Positions 22,971-33,385 of a stretch of 64,000 nucleotides of DNA are shown one piece after another; position 1 is the stretch's first letter; every line of letters begins with the position of its first letter. The DNA lies in the NCBI GenBank assembly GCA_965249035.1, contig CBDFKV010000007.1, positions 1,408,313-1,472,312 on the forward strand. The letters run 5' to 3'. The notes beneath the pieces are model-generated. The model did not search any database and was not told the DNA's origin. It saw only the letters and a list, made by a program, of their open reading frames with translations. The stretch is from Candidatus Poriferihabitaceae bacterium. Lineage in GTDB: Bacteria; Pseudomonadota; Gammaproteobacteria; Arenicellales; Poriferihabitantaceae. Made by a program: the position numbers and the translations under genes.

Positions 22971-23702
22971 ATGCCAAAAAATATCGAAGGTCAAACAATT
23001 CCTCAAACCACCTTTCATACGCTTAAAGACAATAGCCGGCTGGACGTGAGCAGCGACGATTTATTCGCTGGCAAAAAGGTCATATTATTTGCACTGCCTG
23101 GGGCATTCACCCCAACCTGCTCTTCATCACACTTGCCCCGTTACAACGAGCTAGCGCCGGTATTTGCAGCCAATGGTATTGACAGTATTGTGTGTCTCAG
23201 CGTCAATGATGCGCATGTGATGGATGCTTGGCAAGCAGGCCAGAACGCAGGCAATATCCGTTTTATTCCAGATGGTAATGGTGAGTTTTCCAAGGCAATG
23301 GGCATGTTGGTTGATTTGTCGGTAGTGGGCTTTGGGCCACGCAGCTGGCGCTATTCAATGGTGGTCGATGACGGCGTTATTGAGAAGATGTTCATTGAAC
23401 CCGCAGAACCCGCTGGTGCGTTTGAAGTCTCCGACGCAGATACGATGCTCAATTACGTCGCGCCTGAAGCAAAAAAACCGATACGTATCACGATATTTAC
23501 CAAGCCTGGCTGCCCGCATTGCGTCAAAGCCAAGCTATTGTTAAGTGAGCGTGGCTTAGACTACGAAGAAATAGAGTTAGGCAAACACGGCATCAGCTAT
23601 AGCTCGTTGGTTGCCGTCAGTGGTGCCGGCACTTCACCACAAATCTATATCGACGGTGAGCATATCGGTGGCGCGGAAGACCTGGAAGCCTGGTTGGCCT
23701 AG
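22971..23702 (+). CDS. Hybrid peroxiredoxin-glutaredoxin (Prx5-type peroxiredoxin fused to Grx)
   Basis: The N-terminal part has PGAFTPTCS (peroxidatic Cys) and the C-terminal part has TKPGCPHCVKAK (Grx CPxC). At 243 aa from the ATG at 22971, the architecture is like Haemophilus PGdx. Confidence 0.88.
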   Translation: MPKNIEGQTIPQTTFHTLKDNSRLDVSSDDLFAGKKVILFALPGAFTPTCSSSHLPRYNELAPVFAANGIDSIVCLSVNDAHVMDAWQAGQNAGNIRFIPDGNGEFSKAMGMLVDLSVVGFGPRSWRYSMVVDDGVIEKMFIEPAEPAGAFEVSDADTMLNYVAPEAKKPIRITIFTKPGCPHCVKAKLLLSERGLDYEEIELGKHGISYSSLVAVSGAGTSPQIYIDGEHIGGAEDLEAWLA

Positions 23703-23733
23703 AGCATAGCCTTCGGCTAATTAATGCACCCGC

Positions 23734-24693
23734 TCAAACCGCCCGTTCAAGCCGATTGAGCCAAACTTCAAGCCCCTGTGCATTTAAAACGGCATCGCCG
23801 CGCAAGGCTTGTTCATAATCACTCATCGGCAATAGCGGTTGCGCGCCACGGATGGCATCCAGCATGGATTCCAGCACCTCGCCCGCCATTGCCTTAACCC
23901 GTTCCGAACCGATTGTTTCGCTGCCTTGATGCGATAAAGCAATCGCTGCCATGGATTGCACCGAAGTCTTTAGCTGCATAGCTGAAGCCTCGGAGAATGC
24001 CACCTCGCCAAAGTGGGTGAGATACACCCAATCAGGCTGTAAAGCCGCAATTCGGTCAATACTCTGTATAAATGCGTCGGGATCAAATTGGGTAGGCGTG
24101 GTTGGCGCAATTAGCACACGCGTCTTTGCAGTACGTAGCTGGGGATAGCTCATCCCAAAGGTATCGCCGGAAAAAACACCCTTACTGAGCGGGTCATACA
24201 CGCAGAAATGATGCAAAGCATGGCCCGGAGTATCCAAAAACTGTAGCACACGGCCGTTAAAATCCAGTTCAAACCCATCGGGGGCTTCAATCACTCGGGC
24301 TGAGTCAATCGGCAAAATCTCGCCGTAGTGTTTGTGAAATGCCTCTTCACCATAGACCGCAATCGTACCCGCGATCAGTAAGGAAGGATCAATCATGTGC
24401 CGTGCGCCGCGCGGGTGAACCACCAGACGCGCCTTTGGGCAGGCTGCCATCAGCGCACCGGCACCACCGGCATGATCAAGGTGAATATGCGTTGGGATTA
24501 CCCAATCAACGTCAGCGGCATTAAAACCAAGCTCAGCAACAGCTGCCATAATGCGCGGCACTCCCGGTGTTGTACCGGTCTCAACGACGGCTAACTTACC
24601 CGCGTGTTCAACCAGATAGACACTCGCGATACCGGGCTTAATATACTCAGCATCAATGACATGGATGCCATTCGCAAGACTGTGGTGGATCAT
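23734..24693 (-). CDS. MBL-fold metallo-hydrolase
   Basis: Contains a THIHLDHAGG (HxHxDH) motif. Its start overlaps the hemY stop (TAATG). Confidence 0.8.
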   Translation of the reverse strand: MIHHSLANGIHVIDAEYIKPGIASVYLVEHAGKLAVVETGTTPGVPRIMAAVAELGFNAADVDWVIPTHIHLDHAGGAGALMAACPKARLVVHPRGARHMIDPSLLIAGTIAVYGEEAFHKHYGEILPIDSARVIEAPDGFELDFNGRVLQFLDTPGHALHHFCVYDPLSKGVFSGDTFGMSYPQLRTAKTRVLIAPTTPTQFDPDAFIQSIDRIAALQPDWVYLTHFGEVAFSEASAMQLKTSVQSMAAIALSHQGSETIGSERVKAMAGEVLESMLDAIRGAQPLLPMSDYEQALRGDAVLNAQGLEVWLNRLERAV

Positions 24694-26108
24694 TAGGCCT
24701 TGCTGGGGGTACTCTTATTTGCGCCTGCCTCGATCACTTCAACTTCTGCCACTTCATGAACCATTTCGCCGCCTTGCTGCAAAGCCTTAGTGCCGGTAGC
24801 CCTGGCATCACCTGAGTCAGCAAGTATCAGCGCATCAGAGGGCATGTCTGCATCCGCTCCAAGCGCGATGACGGTATCATCTGCAGGGCCGCCTAGCTCA
24901 GGAAATGCTGGCGCTGTGCTGTGCTGGTTTAAGGCGATTGAAGATTGAACGCCTTTTTTATACATCTCAAGAGCTGCTTCCTTCTTACCGTTATCTTCCA
25001 GATAACGACCCAACTCATAAAACGCTTCTTCGCTCGCGCCTTCAGTAATGGCACGACGATAATGCTCTTCAGCCCGCTCAGTGCTGCCATAGGCGAGATA
25101 CAGCCGCGCCAAGGTTAATTGAACGTTGGCGTCATTTTCGTGATCAGCCTGCCACACCGTTGCCACGTCAATTTGTTTCCACAAATTATCGGTGTGAACC
25201 TGGCCGTACAAACCCGCCAGCTCGGTATCCCAGGTTTTGGCCAATCCTAGACGTATCGCCTTTTCCGCCATCGCCGTATTATTGGCTGCGATAAATTGAC
25301 GTGCATATAAACCCGCGATCGCAGGTTGACGTTTTTTCGCCCGCGACAATGCCCTCCATTCTTTTGATGCGGTACCAGCAGATTGATCAGGCAAACACTC
25401 CATTTGACCGGCTTTGCACATCACTTCCAGTGCCGCAACTTGATCAGCCGGTAACACTTTACGACGACCCAAGGCAGGTAGTAATGCGGTCAGCCCATCC
25501 CAGTTTTCGCTGCGGCGATAAACATCCGATAGTAGTCGTGTTACTGAGGTGTTCCCAGGAGCCAAACCGTGCATTTTCTCCAACAATGCTTGCGATTCAG
25601 GAAGCTGGCCCGCCTGCGACATCAAACGCGCGCGGGTTAGGTCAACCGCCATGCGATAAGCCGGGTCGGCTTGCTCTGCCTGATTGAGGTAATCGTCTCG
25701 CTTATCAAAATTACCGTTTTGCTGCGCTGCATAAGCCGCGCCTAGGTAGTTCAACAATGGCGTTTTGCTGTGCTTTAGCTTACCAGTTAAGTCTTTCTCG
25801 CCCTTGGCCCAATCGCCTTCAATCAGGCGCGCGTAACCACGTAAAGTCGCACTCTGCGCATTTTTATCGTTGCGCTGTGCATTCCAGTTTTTGACTTTCT
25901 TGGGTGCAGCCAACAAGCTAAACAAGTAATGAAATAGCAGATACAAAACCGCAAATGCTGCGACCGCCAGTAAAATCGCCAATGCCAATGGCAACTCTAT
26001 TCGATGGGGCGCACGCGCGATCGTTACCACCCCGGGGTCATCCATTGACAAGATCCCGAGCACCGTAAATAGTACCAGCGAAATAATAATGATAATTAAT
26101 GTTTTCAT
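24693..26108 (-). CDS. hemY: HemY-like TPR membrane protein (heme biosynthesis-associated)
   Basis: Two N-terminal TM segments followed by TPR-like repeats. It is the last gene of a hemC-hemD-hemX-hemY order. Confidence 0.85.
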   Translation of the reverse strand: MKTLIIIIISLVLFTVLGILSMDDPGVVTIARAPHRIELPLALAILLAVAAFAVLYLLFHYLFSLLAAPKKVKNWNAQRNDKNAQSATLRGYARLIEGDWAKGEKDLTGKLKHSKTPLLNYLGAAYAAQQNGNFDKRDDYLNQAEQADPAYRMAVDLTRARLMSQAGQLPESQALLEKMHGLAPGNTSVTRLLSDVYRRSENWDGLTALLPALGRRKVLPADQVAALEVMCKAGQMECLPDQSAGTASKEWRALSRAKKRQPAIAGLYARQFIAANNTAMAEKAIRLGLAKTWDTELAGLYGQVHTDNLWKQIDVATVWQADHENDANVQLTLARLYLAYGSTERAEEHYRRAITEGASEEAFYELGRYLEDNGKKEAALEMYKKGVQSSIALNQHSTAPAFPELGGPADDTVIALGADADMPSDALILADSGDARATGTKALQQGGEMVHEVAEVEVIEAGANKSTPSKA

Positions 26109-26120
26109 GCGATTGCTCTC

Positions 26121-27617
26121 CTATTTCCCTGCCTGAATGACTTGATCTAATGCATTTAACGAGCCACTGATATCGGGTAGCTCAGCGCTCAGCTTAGCCG
26201 AACTAAGATTGGCCAGTTCTTCTGACCAAGCTTTAACTTCGGCGGCCTCACCATCGAAATAGCGCTCAACCCAAGCTTGTGCTGCAGCCAATGATGATTG
26301 ATACAAGCTTACCTGACTTCGTATCAGCGCCATTTCGGCTGACTGCACCTTTAAGCGCAAGTTTTCGACAACAACAAATTTCTGCTCTGAGCCCATGGTT
26401 GGAGTCGGTGTTTCATCGATATTCTCAACCTTCACCATGCTGCCGATATCCGTCATCAATGACTTACCAGCTGAGAATAACCAGTCGACCTTGCGTTCAG
26501 CCGGTTCTGGCTCGGTTGCACTAGCCGTACGCCTTGCTTCCAGCTCTACCGCCGCCTTTTCAGCGGTCTCACGCAGCATCCGATCTTGGGCTAACGGTAG
26601 CGATTCAACTTGAGCAGCCAATGACTCTAGCTTTTGATACAGACTGTTGATATCGACCACTTCCGCCGCTTGCAAGCCAGTTATTTCTGTGGCCAGTGCG
26701 CTGCGCACATCAGATAATTCCACTCCCTCGAGCTTAGCTAGGTAATCGTCCGTCAATACCAGCCCTCGACCCGCCACTGCCGGGTCGCGTGACCATACAA
26801 ATTGTTGGTTAACCATTGCTAGCAATGAGCGAGCCTCTTCCAATTTCCAGCGGTTCACCTGGTTAACAAAATCACCCGTTAAATTTTCGACCGCGCTGTT
26901 AGCGGCTGCAGTAACGGTTTCAATTTCAGATTGGTTGTTGATCAATTTTTGGTCAAAATCAACCAGACTGGTATCGATTTTTTGTTCCGCAGCTTGCAGC
27001 CGAGTTTCAATCGTACCGGCTGTTTTCTTCACCGTATCAACCGCCTCACCGACGCGGCTTTCAACTTCTGAAAAACTTTTCTTGAGCGTAACTTGGTCGG
27101 TATTGACCAGCGTAATGCGCTCATCCAAGCCGCTGGCGTTGCTCTTTGCAGACTGGCTGTTGATTGACGTATTCCAGGCAGCATAACCACCTGCACCCAA
27201 ACCCAGCAAACCCAACAATAATGCCAACCAAGTCAAGCCATTAGCCGATGACTTTGCGGGCGATCCAGCCGAACCCGTGGCTGCACTGGCAGCCGCCAAC
27301 GGTCGCGTTGATTGATTGGATTGCTTTGGAGGTGCAGATTCCTTAACAGCGCTGGCAGAAATTGCTGCCTTTTGAGCGGTTGGCGTACTTTTTACTGCTT
27401 TAGACTGGGGCCTTGCCGCCTTAGGAGCTGGCGTAGTAGGGGCTTTCTGCACAGCCGGTTTTTTCTTGATGGGCAGCTTTTTGCTGGTCTGTTTTCTAGT
27501 CTGTTTTGGTTTCGCACCCGATTTGGATGATGATTGGGATGGCGATCGTTTCTTGCTGCTTGTCACGCGCTTCTCGCTTCCCTTCTTTTGCGGCGTATTA
27601 GACTTGCTCTCGGTCAT
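26121..27617 (-). CDS. hemX: HemX-like membrane protein with a long basic low-complexity N-terminus
   Basis: Sits between hemD and hemY. Has a single TM (LTWLALLLGLLGLGAGGYAAW) and a coiled-coil periplasmic part. The ~125-aa N-terminus is rich in K, P, S and A. Confidence 0.8.
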   Translation of the reverse strand: MTESKSNTPQKKGSEKRVTSSKKRSPSQSSSKSGAKPKQTRKQTSKKLPIKKKPAVQKAPTTPAPKAARPQSKAVKSTPTAQKAAISASAVKESAPPKQSNQSTRPLAAASAATGSAGSPAKSSANGLTWLALLLGLLGLGAGGYAAWNTSINSQSAKSNASGLDERITLVNTDQVTLKKSFSEVESRVGEAVDTVKKTAGTIETRLQAAEQKIDTSLVDFDQKLINNQSEIETVTAAANSAVENLTGDFVNQVNRWKLEEARSLLAMVNQQFVWSRDPAVAGRGLVLTDDYLAKLEGVELSDVRSALATEITGLQAAEVVDINSLYQKLESLAAQVESLPLAQDRMLRETAEKAAVELEARRTASATEPEPAERKVDWLFSAGKSLMTDIGSMVKVENIDETPTPTMGSEQKFVVVENLRLKVQSAEMALIRSQVSLYQSSLAAAQAWVERYFDGEAAEVKAWSEELANLSSAKLSAELPDISGSLNALDQVIQAGK

Positions 27618-27742
27618 GGTTTCCTATCCTGATAATTGGAGGCTTTGCAACACAGAATGGTACATCATCCAGCCACAAGAAAAAACCAGAAGCCGCATAT
27701 AATACGGACTTCACATCAAATCCTGATGAGTTAGAGGCACTT

Positions 27743-28513
27743 TTATGAGCCAATTAAGGCCAAACTCTCAACGATCGCCTGATCATTGACTGCGCTCGTC
27801 ACCGTCACTTGGCTGAATCCAGCCGTCATCGCTGCGTCACGAATACGGTCACTGATCACCACGATAGGCAAACGTCGCATGCATTGCAAGCGCTTATCAC
27901 CCACCAGAGTGATGAGATTGTGCAAGCTTTCAACGCTAGTGAGGGTAATTGCATCGACCTGACCAGCCTCTAGCGCCTGCAATACTTTTGGATCTGGTGA
28001 TGCGGGAATGACTCTGCGGTAGGCCGCCAAGTAGCTGACTACTGCACCACGCTCACGTAACGTTTCGGCCAGTATTTCCCGCCCACTCTCGCCGCGCACG
28101 ATCATCACGCGAGTACCGGTGTCCACCTCCATCAATTCCGGTGATTGTAACAACGCTTCGCTATTAGATAGGTCACTCGATGGCGAGATAGAAACTGGCA
28201 AACCCAATGCCTGCATGGTTCGCAGGGTGGCTGGCCCGACTGCTGCCAAGCGCGGGTTTATTGGGATAGGTAAACCTGCGGCACGTAAACCATCCACATA
28301 AAACACCGCCGCATTAGTGCTGATGAAAATTAGTACATCCATTGTCTGCGAGTGCGACAAACCGTTCGTGAAGGTATCGGTATCTCGGGGTACAATGATA
28401 TCGATGCAAGGAAATGCGATGGGCTTACCGCCGCTAGAGCGAATCAACGCACACAGCTCATCAGCCTGATGGCGTGGGCGCGTCACTAAAACTGACAAGC
28501 CATCCAAAGGCAT
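27743..28513 (-). CDS. hemD: Uroporphyrinogen-III synthase
   Basis: MPLDGLSVLVTRPRHQADEL... Follows hemC. The ATG at 28513 has an AAGG/GAAGG Shine-Dalgarno and avoids the 29-nt overlap implied by the ORF-track start. Confidence 0.88.
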   Translation of the reverse strand: MPLDGLSVLVTRPRHQADELCALIRSSGGKPIAFPCIDIIVPRDTDTFTNGLSHSQTMDVLIFISTNAAVFYVDGLRAAGLPIPINPRLAAVGPATLRTMQALGLPVSISPSSDLSNSEALLQSPELMEVDTGTRVMIVRGESGREILAETLRERGAVVSYLAAYRRVIPASPDPKVLQALEAGQVDAITLTSVESLHNLITLVGDKRLQCMRRLPIVVISDRIRDAAMTAGFSQVTVTSAVNDQAIVESLALIGS

Positions 28514-28526
28514 CACACCTTCTACC

Positions 28527-29462
28527 TTATTCGCCGAGCTCACGATAGACGTCACGCAAAATTCCGTCGGCGCCTTGGTCTAGCAAGTCGTTAGCCGCTA
28601 GATAGCCCAAGGCAACAGCTTCACGGACACTACCTTGACGCTGAGTTTGCAAAATTTGTTCACCCGAAACCGCCCCCACCAGCGCGCGAAGGGTCAAACC
28701 CTCGCCATCGCGCTCAGCATATGCGGCAACCGGCACGTGACAACCTCCGCCCAAGCGTTCATTCGCAGCACGTTCGGCCTGCACCCGAATGGAGGTATCT
28801 TCGTGATTCAGCGGCGCGATCAAGGCATTGACTCGCTCATCGTCAATTCGGCATTCAATTCCCACTGCTCCCTGACCTACCGCCGGCAATATCTCATCCA
28901 CCGGAATTGCCTGCTTGATCCGATCAAAAAACTCCAGCCGTTTGAGACCAGCACTAGCCAAAATAATCGCATCAAAGTCACCCTGATCTAGGCGCGCCAG
29001 CCGCGTATTAACATTGCCGCGTAAATCGAGCAGGTCTAGTTTGGGGTAACGTGCAGCAATCTGTGATTTACGTCGCAAGCTACAGGTACCAACTTTTGCA
29101 CCATCGGGCAGGGAAGCGAGCGAATCATAGTGATTGGATACAAACGCATCCCTCGGGTCTTCGCGCTCGCAAACCACAGGGATGTGTAAGCCATCGGGCA
29201 AGTTAACGGTGACATCCTTCATCGAGTGTACAGCGATATCAACCTCATCTTCCAACAAAGCCGTTTCAAGTTCTTTTAAAAACAAGCCTTTGCCACCAAT
29301 TTTTGCCAATGGTGTTTTGAGGTGACGATCGCCTTCTGATAGGATTTCAACCAACGACACCTCAATCCCTGGGTGGTGTTTTTCCAGTTCCGCTTTAACG
29401 TAATACGCTTGCCATAGCGCCAGCTGGCTTTTACGGGTTCCAATACGGATCGTTTCTGACAT
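28527..29462 (-). CDS. hemC: Hydroxymethylbilane synthase (porphobilinogen deaminase)
   Basis: [19 protein letters not shown]...RGNVNTRL..., a canonical HemC. Start at the ATG at 29462. Confidence 0.95.
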   Translation of the reverse strand: MSETIRIGTRKSQLALWQAYYVKAELEKHHPGIEVSLVEILSEGDRHLKTPLAKIGGKGLFLKELETALLEDEVDIAVHSMKDVTVNLPDGLHIPVVCEREDPRDAFVSNHYDSLASLPDGAKVGTCSLRRKSQIAARYPKLDLLDLRGNVNTRLARLDQGDFDAIILASAGLKRLEFFDRIKQAIPVDEILPAVGQGAVGIECRIDDERVNALIAPLNHEDTSIRVQAERAANERLGGGCHVPVAAYAERDGEGLTLRALVGAVSGEQILQTQRQGSVREAVALGYLAANDLLDQGADGILRDVYRELGE

Positions 29463-29500
29463 GATCAGGTTCTCACTTATCAGGTTGAATACAATGGTGG

Positions 29501-30055
29501 CTAATTGGTGCGTTGGCGGCGAGAATACCACTTAATCAATAAAACCAAGGGCAGTATCAATACCACCTCTAAGCCGATCGCGCCCAGATTGTGCCAGGAA
29601 AAAATACTGCCGATTGCCGCAAACAGGCTATCACCCAAGCCGCCATGATCGACATTAACTAAAAATGTAATGGGCGCGATCACGTACTGTTCCGAAAACG
29701 GCCACCACAGCTGCATACCGTGCGGGGCTACGCGGTCAATCGTAATGCTATCTAGCGCTAAGTGCGATAAATAAACCAGCGTCGCGCTCATTGCCAGCCG
29801 TTGCGGGCTGAGCCGAAAATACGATTGCCATCGTGCACCCACCCACCAGAAGCAGACTCCACACAGCACCGCGGCAAACACCGAATGTGAGCCCATGTGA
29901 TGGTAGCGATTTAAGTCGCCCACTAAAGCACCCGGCAGAAAATCTAAATCTGGCAAATTAGCGATAAAGATAACCAGCAATACACCGCTCCAGTCCCACC
30001 CGAGGCGACCGCTCACCACCAAGCCGCCCAAGGCGTGACCGACGGGTGAAGGCAT
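29501..30055 (-). CDS. Membrane-bound metal-dependent hydrolase (DUF457/YdjM-like)
   Basis: 184 aa, polytopic and His-rich ([11 protein letters not shown]..., HHMGSH, SHLALD). Confidence 0.65.
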   Translation of the reverse strand: MPSPVGHALGGLVVSGRLGWDWSGVLLVIFIANLPDLDFLPGALVGDLNRYHHMGSHSVFAAVLCGVCFWWVGARWQSYFRLSPQRLAMSATLVYLSHLALDSITIDRVAPHGMQLWWPFSEQYVIAPITFLVNVDHGGLGDSLFAAIGSIFSWHNLGAIGLEVVLILPLVLLIKWYSRRQRTN

Positions 30056-30118
30056 TAAACCAACCCGGCTATCAACTCCGCCCGTACCATGCTTCGTGCC
30101 ATGGCCCTTACCCCAGCC

Positions 30119-30841
30119 TTAGCCACCGCGGCGAACTTTCAAGCGCATCGCTTTGTAGCCCATGTTCGACAGCTTATAATCGGCGCTGGTCAAATTGCCG
30201 TAGTCCGCATATGGGCCCAAACGCACGCGATGAAAAGTACCTTTACCGCTGATCGTCACTTTCTCGATTCGAGCGTGCATGCCACTGAGTGCTAGCTTGG
30301 CTTTGAGGCCTTCGGCATCGGCAGGATTAGAATACGACGCCACCTGCAACATATAACTGGGACTTAAGTTAACTACCGGCACCTCGCCAGGCTTGCTGAT
30401 TTTATCATCAGCACGCTTAATCACGACCGAAGCATCCTCAACCGGCACAGCTGATGGCTTAGCTTTAGCAACCGTTACTGGCTTGGAAGCAATCGGCTCA
30501 TCTACGCCTTTGGGCAGGACTTCCTCGATTTCCGGCAATACGGTATAAAAATCAAATTTGGGCTTGTTACGAGCTTGTTCTTCATGAACCATCACCGGTT
30601 CAGGTGCTTGGCGCTGATCCGCTTCCCGCTCCGCTGATTCGCGGGAGCGCTTGGCGATGTCGCGAAAACCACTACCCATACCTTGCTCGGAATCAGACGT
30701 AATACCCTGAAACAGCAACGTTGCCAAAACGCCCAATACTGCACCAGACAACAGAAATCCAAAACAGTGTCGGGTGATCCCCGATGAGCGCGAACCAGAG
30801 GGCCGCCGCTTACTTGCCTTTTTCTTCCTTGCCTGTGCCAT
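30119..30841 (-). CDS. SPOR-domain protein (FtsN-like architecture)
   Basis: Basic N-terminus, one TM, a linker and a C-terminal SPOR domain (YMLQVASYSNPADAEGLKAKLALSGM...HRVRLGPY). Located downstream of argS, as in Pseudomonas. Confidence 0.8.
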   Translation of the reverse strand: MAQARKKKASKRRPSGSRSSGITRHCFGFLLSGAVLGVLATLLFQGITSDSEQGMGSGFRDIAKRSRESAEREADQRQAPEPVMVHEEQARNKPKFDFYTVLPEIEEVLPKGVDEPIASKPVTVAKAKPSAVPVEDASVVIKRADDKISKPGEVPVVNLSPSYMLQVASYSNPADAEGLKAKLALSGMHARIEKVTISGKGTFHRVRLGPYADYGNLTSADYKLSNMGYKAMRLKVRRGG

Positions 30842-30856
30842 TACCTTATATCATCA

Positions 30857-32590
30857 CTACATCGTTTCAGGCGCGCTAACGCCCACTAATTGTAATCCAT
30901 TCGCCAACACTTGCCGCGCGGCGTTGATCAGAGCTAAGCGCGCATTGCGCAGCTCAGCGTCTTCAGCGATAAATGGATGCGCATTGTAATAAGTATGAAA
31001 TTGATTTGCCAGCTCCCGTAAATAATATGCTATTTGATGGGGCTCAAATGCTTTAGCCGCTTTTTCAACCACTTCGGGGAATCGCGCCAGCTGCGTCATT
31101 AAATCTAACTCATGCTGCTCGGTCAATAAGCCATAGTCCGCATTCTCACCGGGCTGCAAGCCCTTTTCCGCCAGCTGACGAAAGACAGCGCATACCCGCG
31201 CGTGCGCATATTGCACATAATAAACCGGATTATCAGAGGATTGTGACTTAGCCAAATCCAAATCGAAATCCATATGCTGCTCAGGTTTGCGCATGGTGTA
31301 GAAAAACCGAGCGGCATCGTTACCGACTTCTGATCGCAATTCTCGCAAGGTGACAAAGTCGCCACTGCGAGTGGACATGGATGCTTTTTCTCCGTTTCGA
31401 TATAAAATTGCAAACTGCACCAGCAGCATGCGTAAGCGCTCCGGGTCTTGGCCAAATGCCGAAAACGCTGCCTTAACCCGCGTAACATAGCCATGATGGT
31501 CCGCACCCAAGACATAAATCAGATGATGATAGCCGCGCTGATGTTTATTCAATAAATAGGCGATATCAGCGGCAAAATAGGTGTGTTGGCCATTGGCACG
31601 CAACACTACCCGATCTTTTTCATCGCCGTAATCGCTGGACCGGAACCACCAGGCCCCTTCTTTTTCATACAGCGTGTTATTGTCTTTCAGCACGCTGATC
31701 GCAGCTTCAATCGCACCAGTGGTTTCGAGTGAATGCTCTGAAAACCATTGATCAAAGGTCACGCCAAACTGACCCAAATCACCGCGTATATCATCCACCA
31801 GCGTATTCAAGCCTTGATCAAAAACAGTCTCGTATCCAGCTCCCAAGCGGGATTTCGCCCGCGCGATCAGTTCATCAACACGCGCTTCGTCATCTTCGGG
31901 TAAATCAGCAAATAGTTCCGCTGCGGGCACTCTAAACACATCACCATTCTCACGATGTAAGTCGGCAGCAATATCCCAAATATAATCCCCTTTATAGCCA
32001 TTCGGAGGAAAGGCATCGATGGTCTCGCCAGATAAGTCGAGATACCGCAACCACACGCTTAGCGCCAGAATATGCATCTGCCGTCCAGCATCGTTGACGT
32101 AGTATTCAGCGTCCGCGTCATAACCTGAAAACCGCAATAGCCGCATTAGGGCATCGCCATAAGCCGCCCCTCTGCCGTGGCCAACGTGTAGCGGCCCGGT
32201 TGGATTAGCAGAAACAAACTCTACTTGTACCGAAGTGCCCGCACCAACGTCTGAACGACCATAATCGGCGCCAGCTTTAGCAATGCGGTCGATGACGCGC
32301 GCGAGTGAATCTTTGGCCAAGGTGAAATTGATAAACCCTGGCCCGGCGATTTCCATTTTGATGATGGCGTCGTTGCTTGGGATGGCTTCGATAATCTTCG
32401 CCGCCAGCTCACGCGGATTCATGCGCGCTTGCTTGGCCAGCGCCATCGCCACGTTAGAGGCAAAATCGCCGTGGTCGCGATTTTTGGTGCGCTCGACGTG
32501 CACGGTAATCGCAGCGCCATCAGACAAAACGCCAGCCTTTTCAAGCGCAAGCAAGGATTGGCTAAGGGCTAGTTCAACAAGGTCTTTCAT
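30857..32590 (-). CDS. argS: Arginine--tRNA ligase
   Basis: 577 aa with SANPTGPLHVGHGR (HIGH region) and a C-terminal anticodon-binding domain. Confidence 0.96.
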   Translation of the reverse strand: MKDLVELALSQSLLALEKAGVLSDGAAITVHVERTKNRDHGDFASNVAMALAKQARMNPRELAAKIIEAIPSNDAIIKMEIAGPGFINFTLAKDSLARVIDRIAKAGADYGRSDVGAGTSVQVEFVSANPTGPLHVGHGRGAAYGDALMRLLRFSGYDADAEYYVNDAGRQMHILALSVWLRYLDLSGETIDAFPPNGYKGDYIWDIAADLHRENGDVFRVPAAELFADLPEDDEARVDELIARAKSRLGAGYETVFDQGLNTLVDDIRGDLGQFGVTFDQWFSEHSLETTGAIEAAISVLKDNNTLYEKEGAWWFRSSDYGDEKDRVVLRANGQHTYFAADIAYLLNKHQRGYHHLIYVLGADHHGYVTRVKAAFSAFGQDPERLRMLLVQFAILYRNGEKASMSTRSGDFVTLRELRSEVGNDAARFFYTMRKPEQHMDFDLDLAKSQSSDNPVYYVQYAHARVCAVFRQLAEKGLQPGENADYGLLTEQHELDLMTQLARFPEVVEKAAKAFEPHQIAYYLRELANQFHTYYNAHPFIAEDAELRNARLALINAARQVLANGLQLVGVSAPETM

Positions 32591-32602
32591 AAGTTCAATG
32601 TT

Positions 32603-32635
32603 AAAAAAACCTGCCAGAGTTTAGCGCTGGCAGGT
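32603..32635 (-). terminator. Rho-independent terminator after trxA
   Basis: On the minus strand, the 9-bp stem ACCTGCCAG/CTGGCAGGT with a 9-nt loop is followed by T7. Confidence 0.75.
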
Positions 32636-32662
32636 TTGCATAGATGAGCTTGCGCCCAGTGA

Positions 32663-32992
32663 CTACGCGATGTGAGTATCGATAAAAGTGGCCAAGTCGC
32701 CTTTAGAACTACCGCCCACCTTGGTGCCTTCGACATTGCCATCTTTAAACAGCATCAAAGTGGGAATGCTACGAATTCCAAACTTCGGTGGTGTTTGTGG
32801 GTTATCGTCAATATTCAGCTTCACGATTTTAACCCGCCCGGCGTACTCACCTGCCAAAGCATCCAAAGCTGGCGCAATCATTTTGCACGGCCCGCACCAT
32901 TCCGCCCAGTAATCGATCAAAACGGGCAGATCAGAATTCAGGACTTCCTCTTCAAAGTTCGCGTCGGTGACGTGGACTACTTGTTCAGACAT
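32663..32992 (-). CDS. trxA: Thioredoxin 1
   Basis: 109 aa with a WAEWCGPCK active site. Confidence 0.97.
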   Translation of the reverse strand: MSEQVVHVTDANFEEEVLNSDLPVLIDYWAEWCGPCKMIAPALDALAGEYAGRVKIVKLNIDDNPQTPPKFGIRSIPTLMLFKDGNVEGTKVGGSSKGDLATFIDTHIA

Positions 32993-33385
32993 AGGTCTAA
33001 CTCTCCATTATAAATTCAATTTCGGACAAATCAGCGGCACATAAATTGGCAGCGCCTTCGCGCCTAGCCCAGCTTTCCCGCCAACAGCACCGCCCTGAAG
33101 CCGCTATTCGTGGCCCCAGAAATACATTAACGTGCAGTAATCGATCCGCACAAACTCTGTGTTAAACTCGCGCGCTTAATAGGTATATTTGAAACGGATC
33201 AACTCAAGCAACAACCGTAGTAAGATAACAAGCGCTGACCTCACAGGCAACCGCATTCTACGATTTTCTACGGTCAGATTTCGCTTTTCCCTGCTCGCTA
33301 ATCGATACCTCACCGACCATATGGGGTTGTAGTGATACGGACACAACCCAAATTCTTGTATTTACGCAGGGCATGACCACAAACG

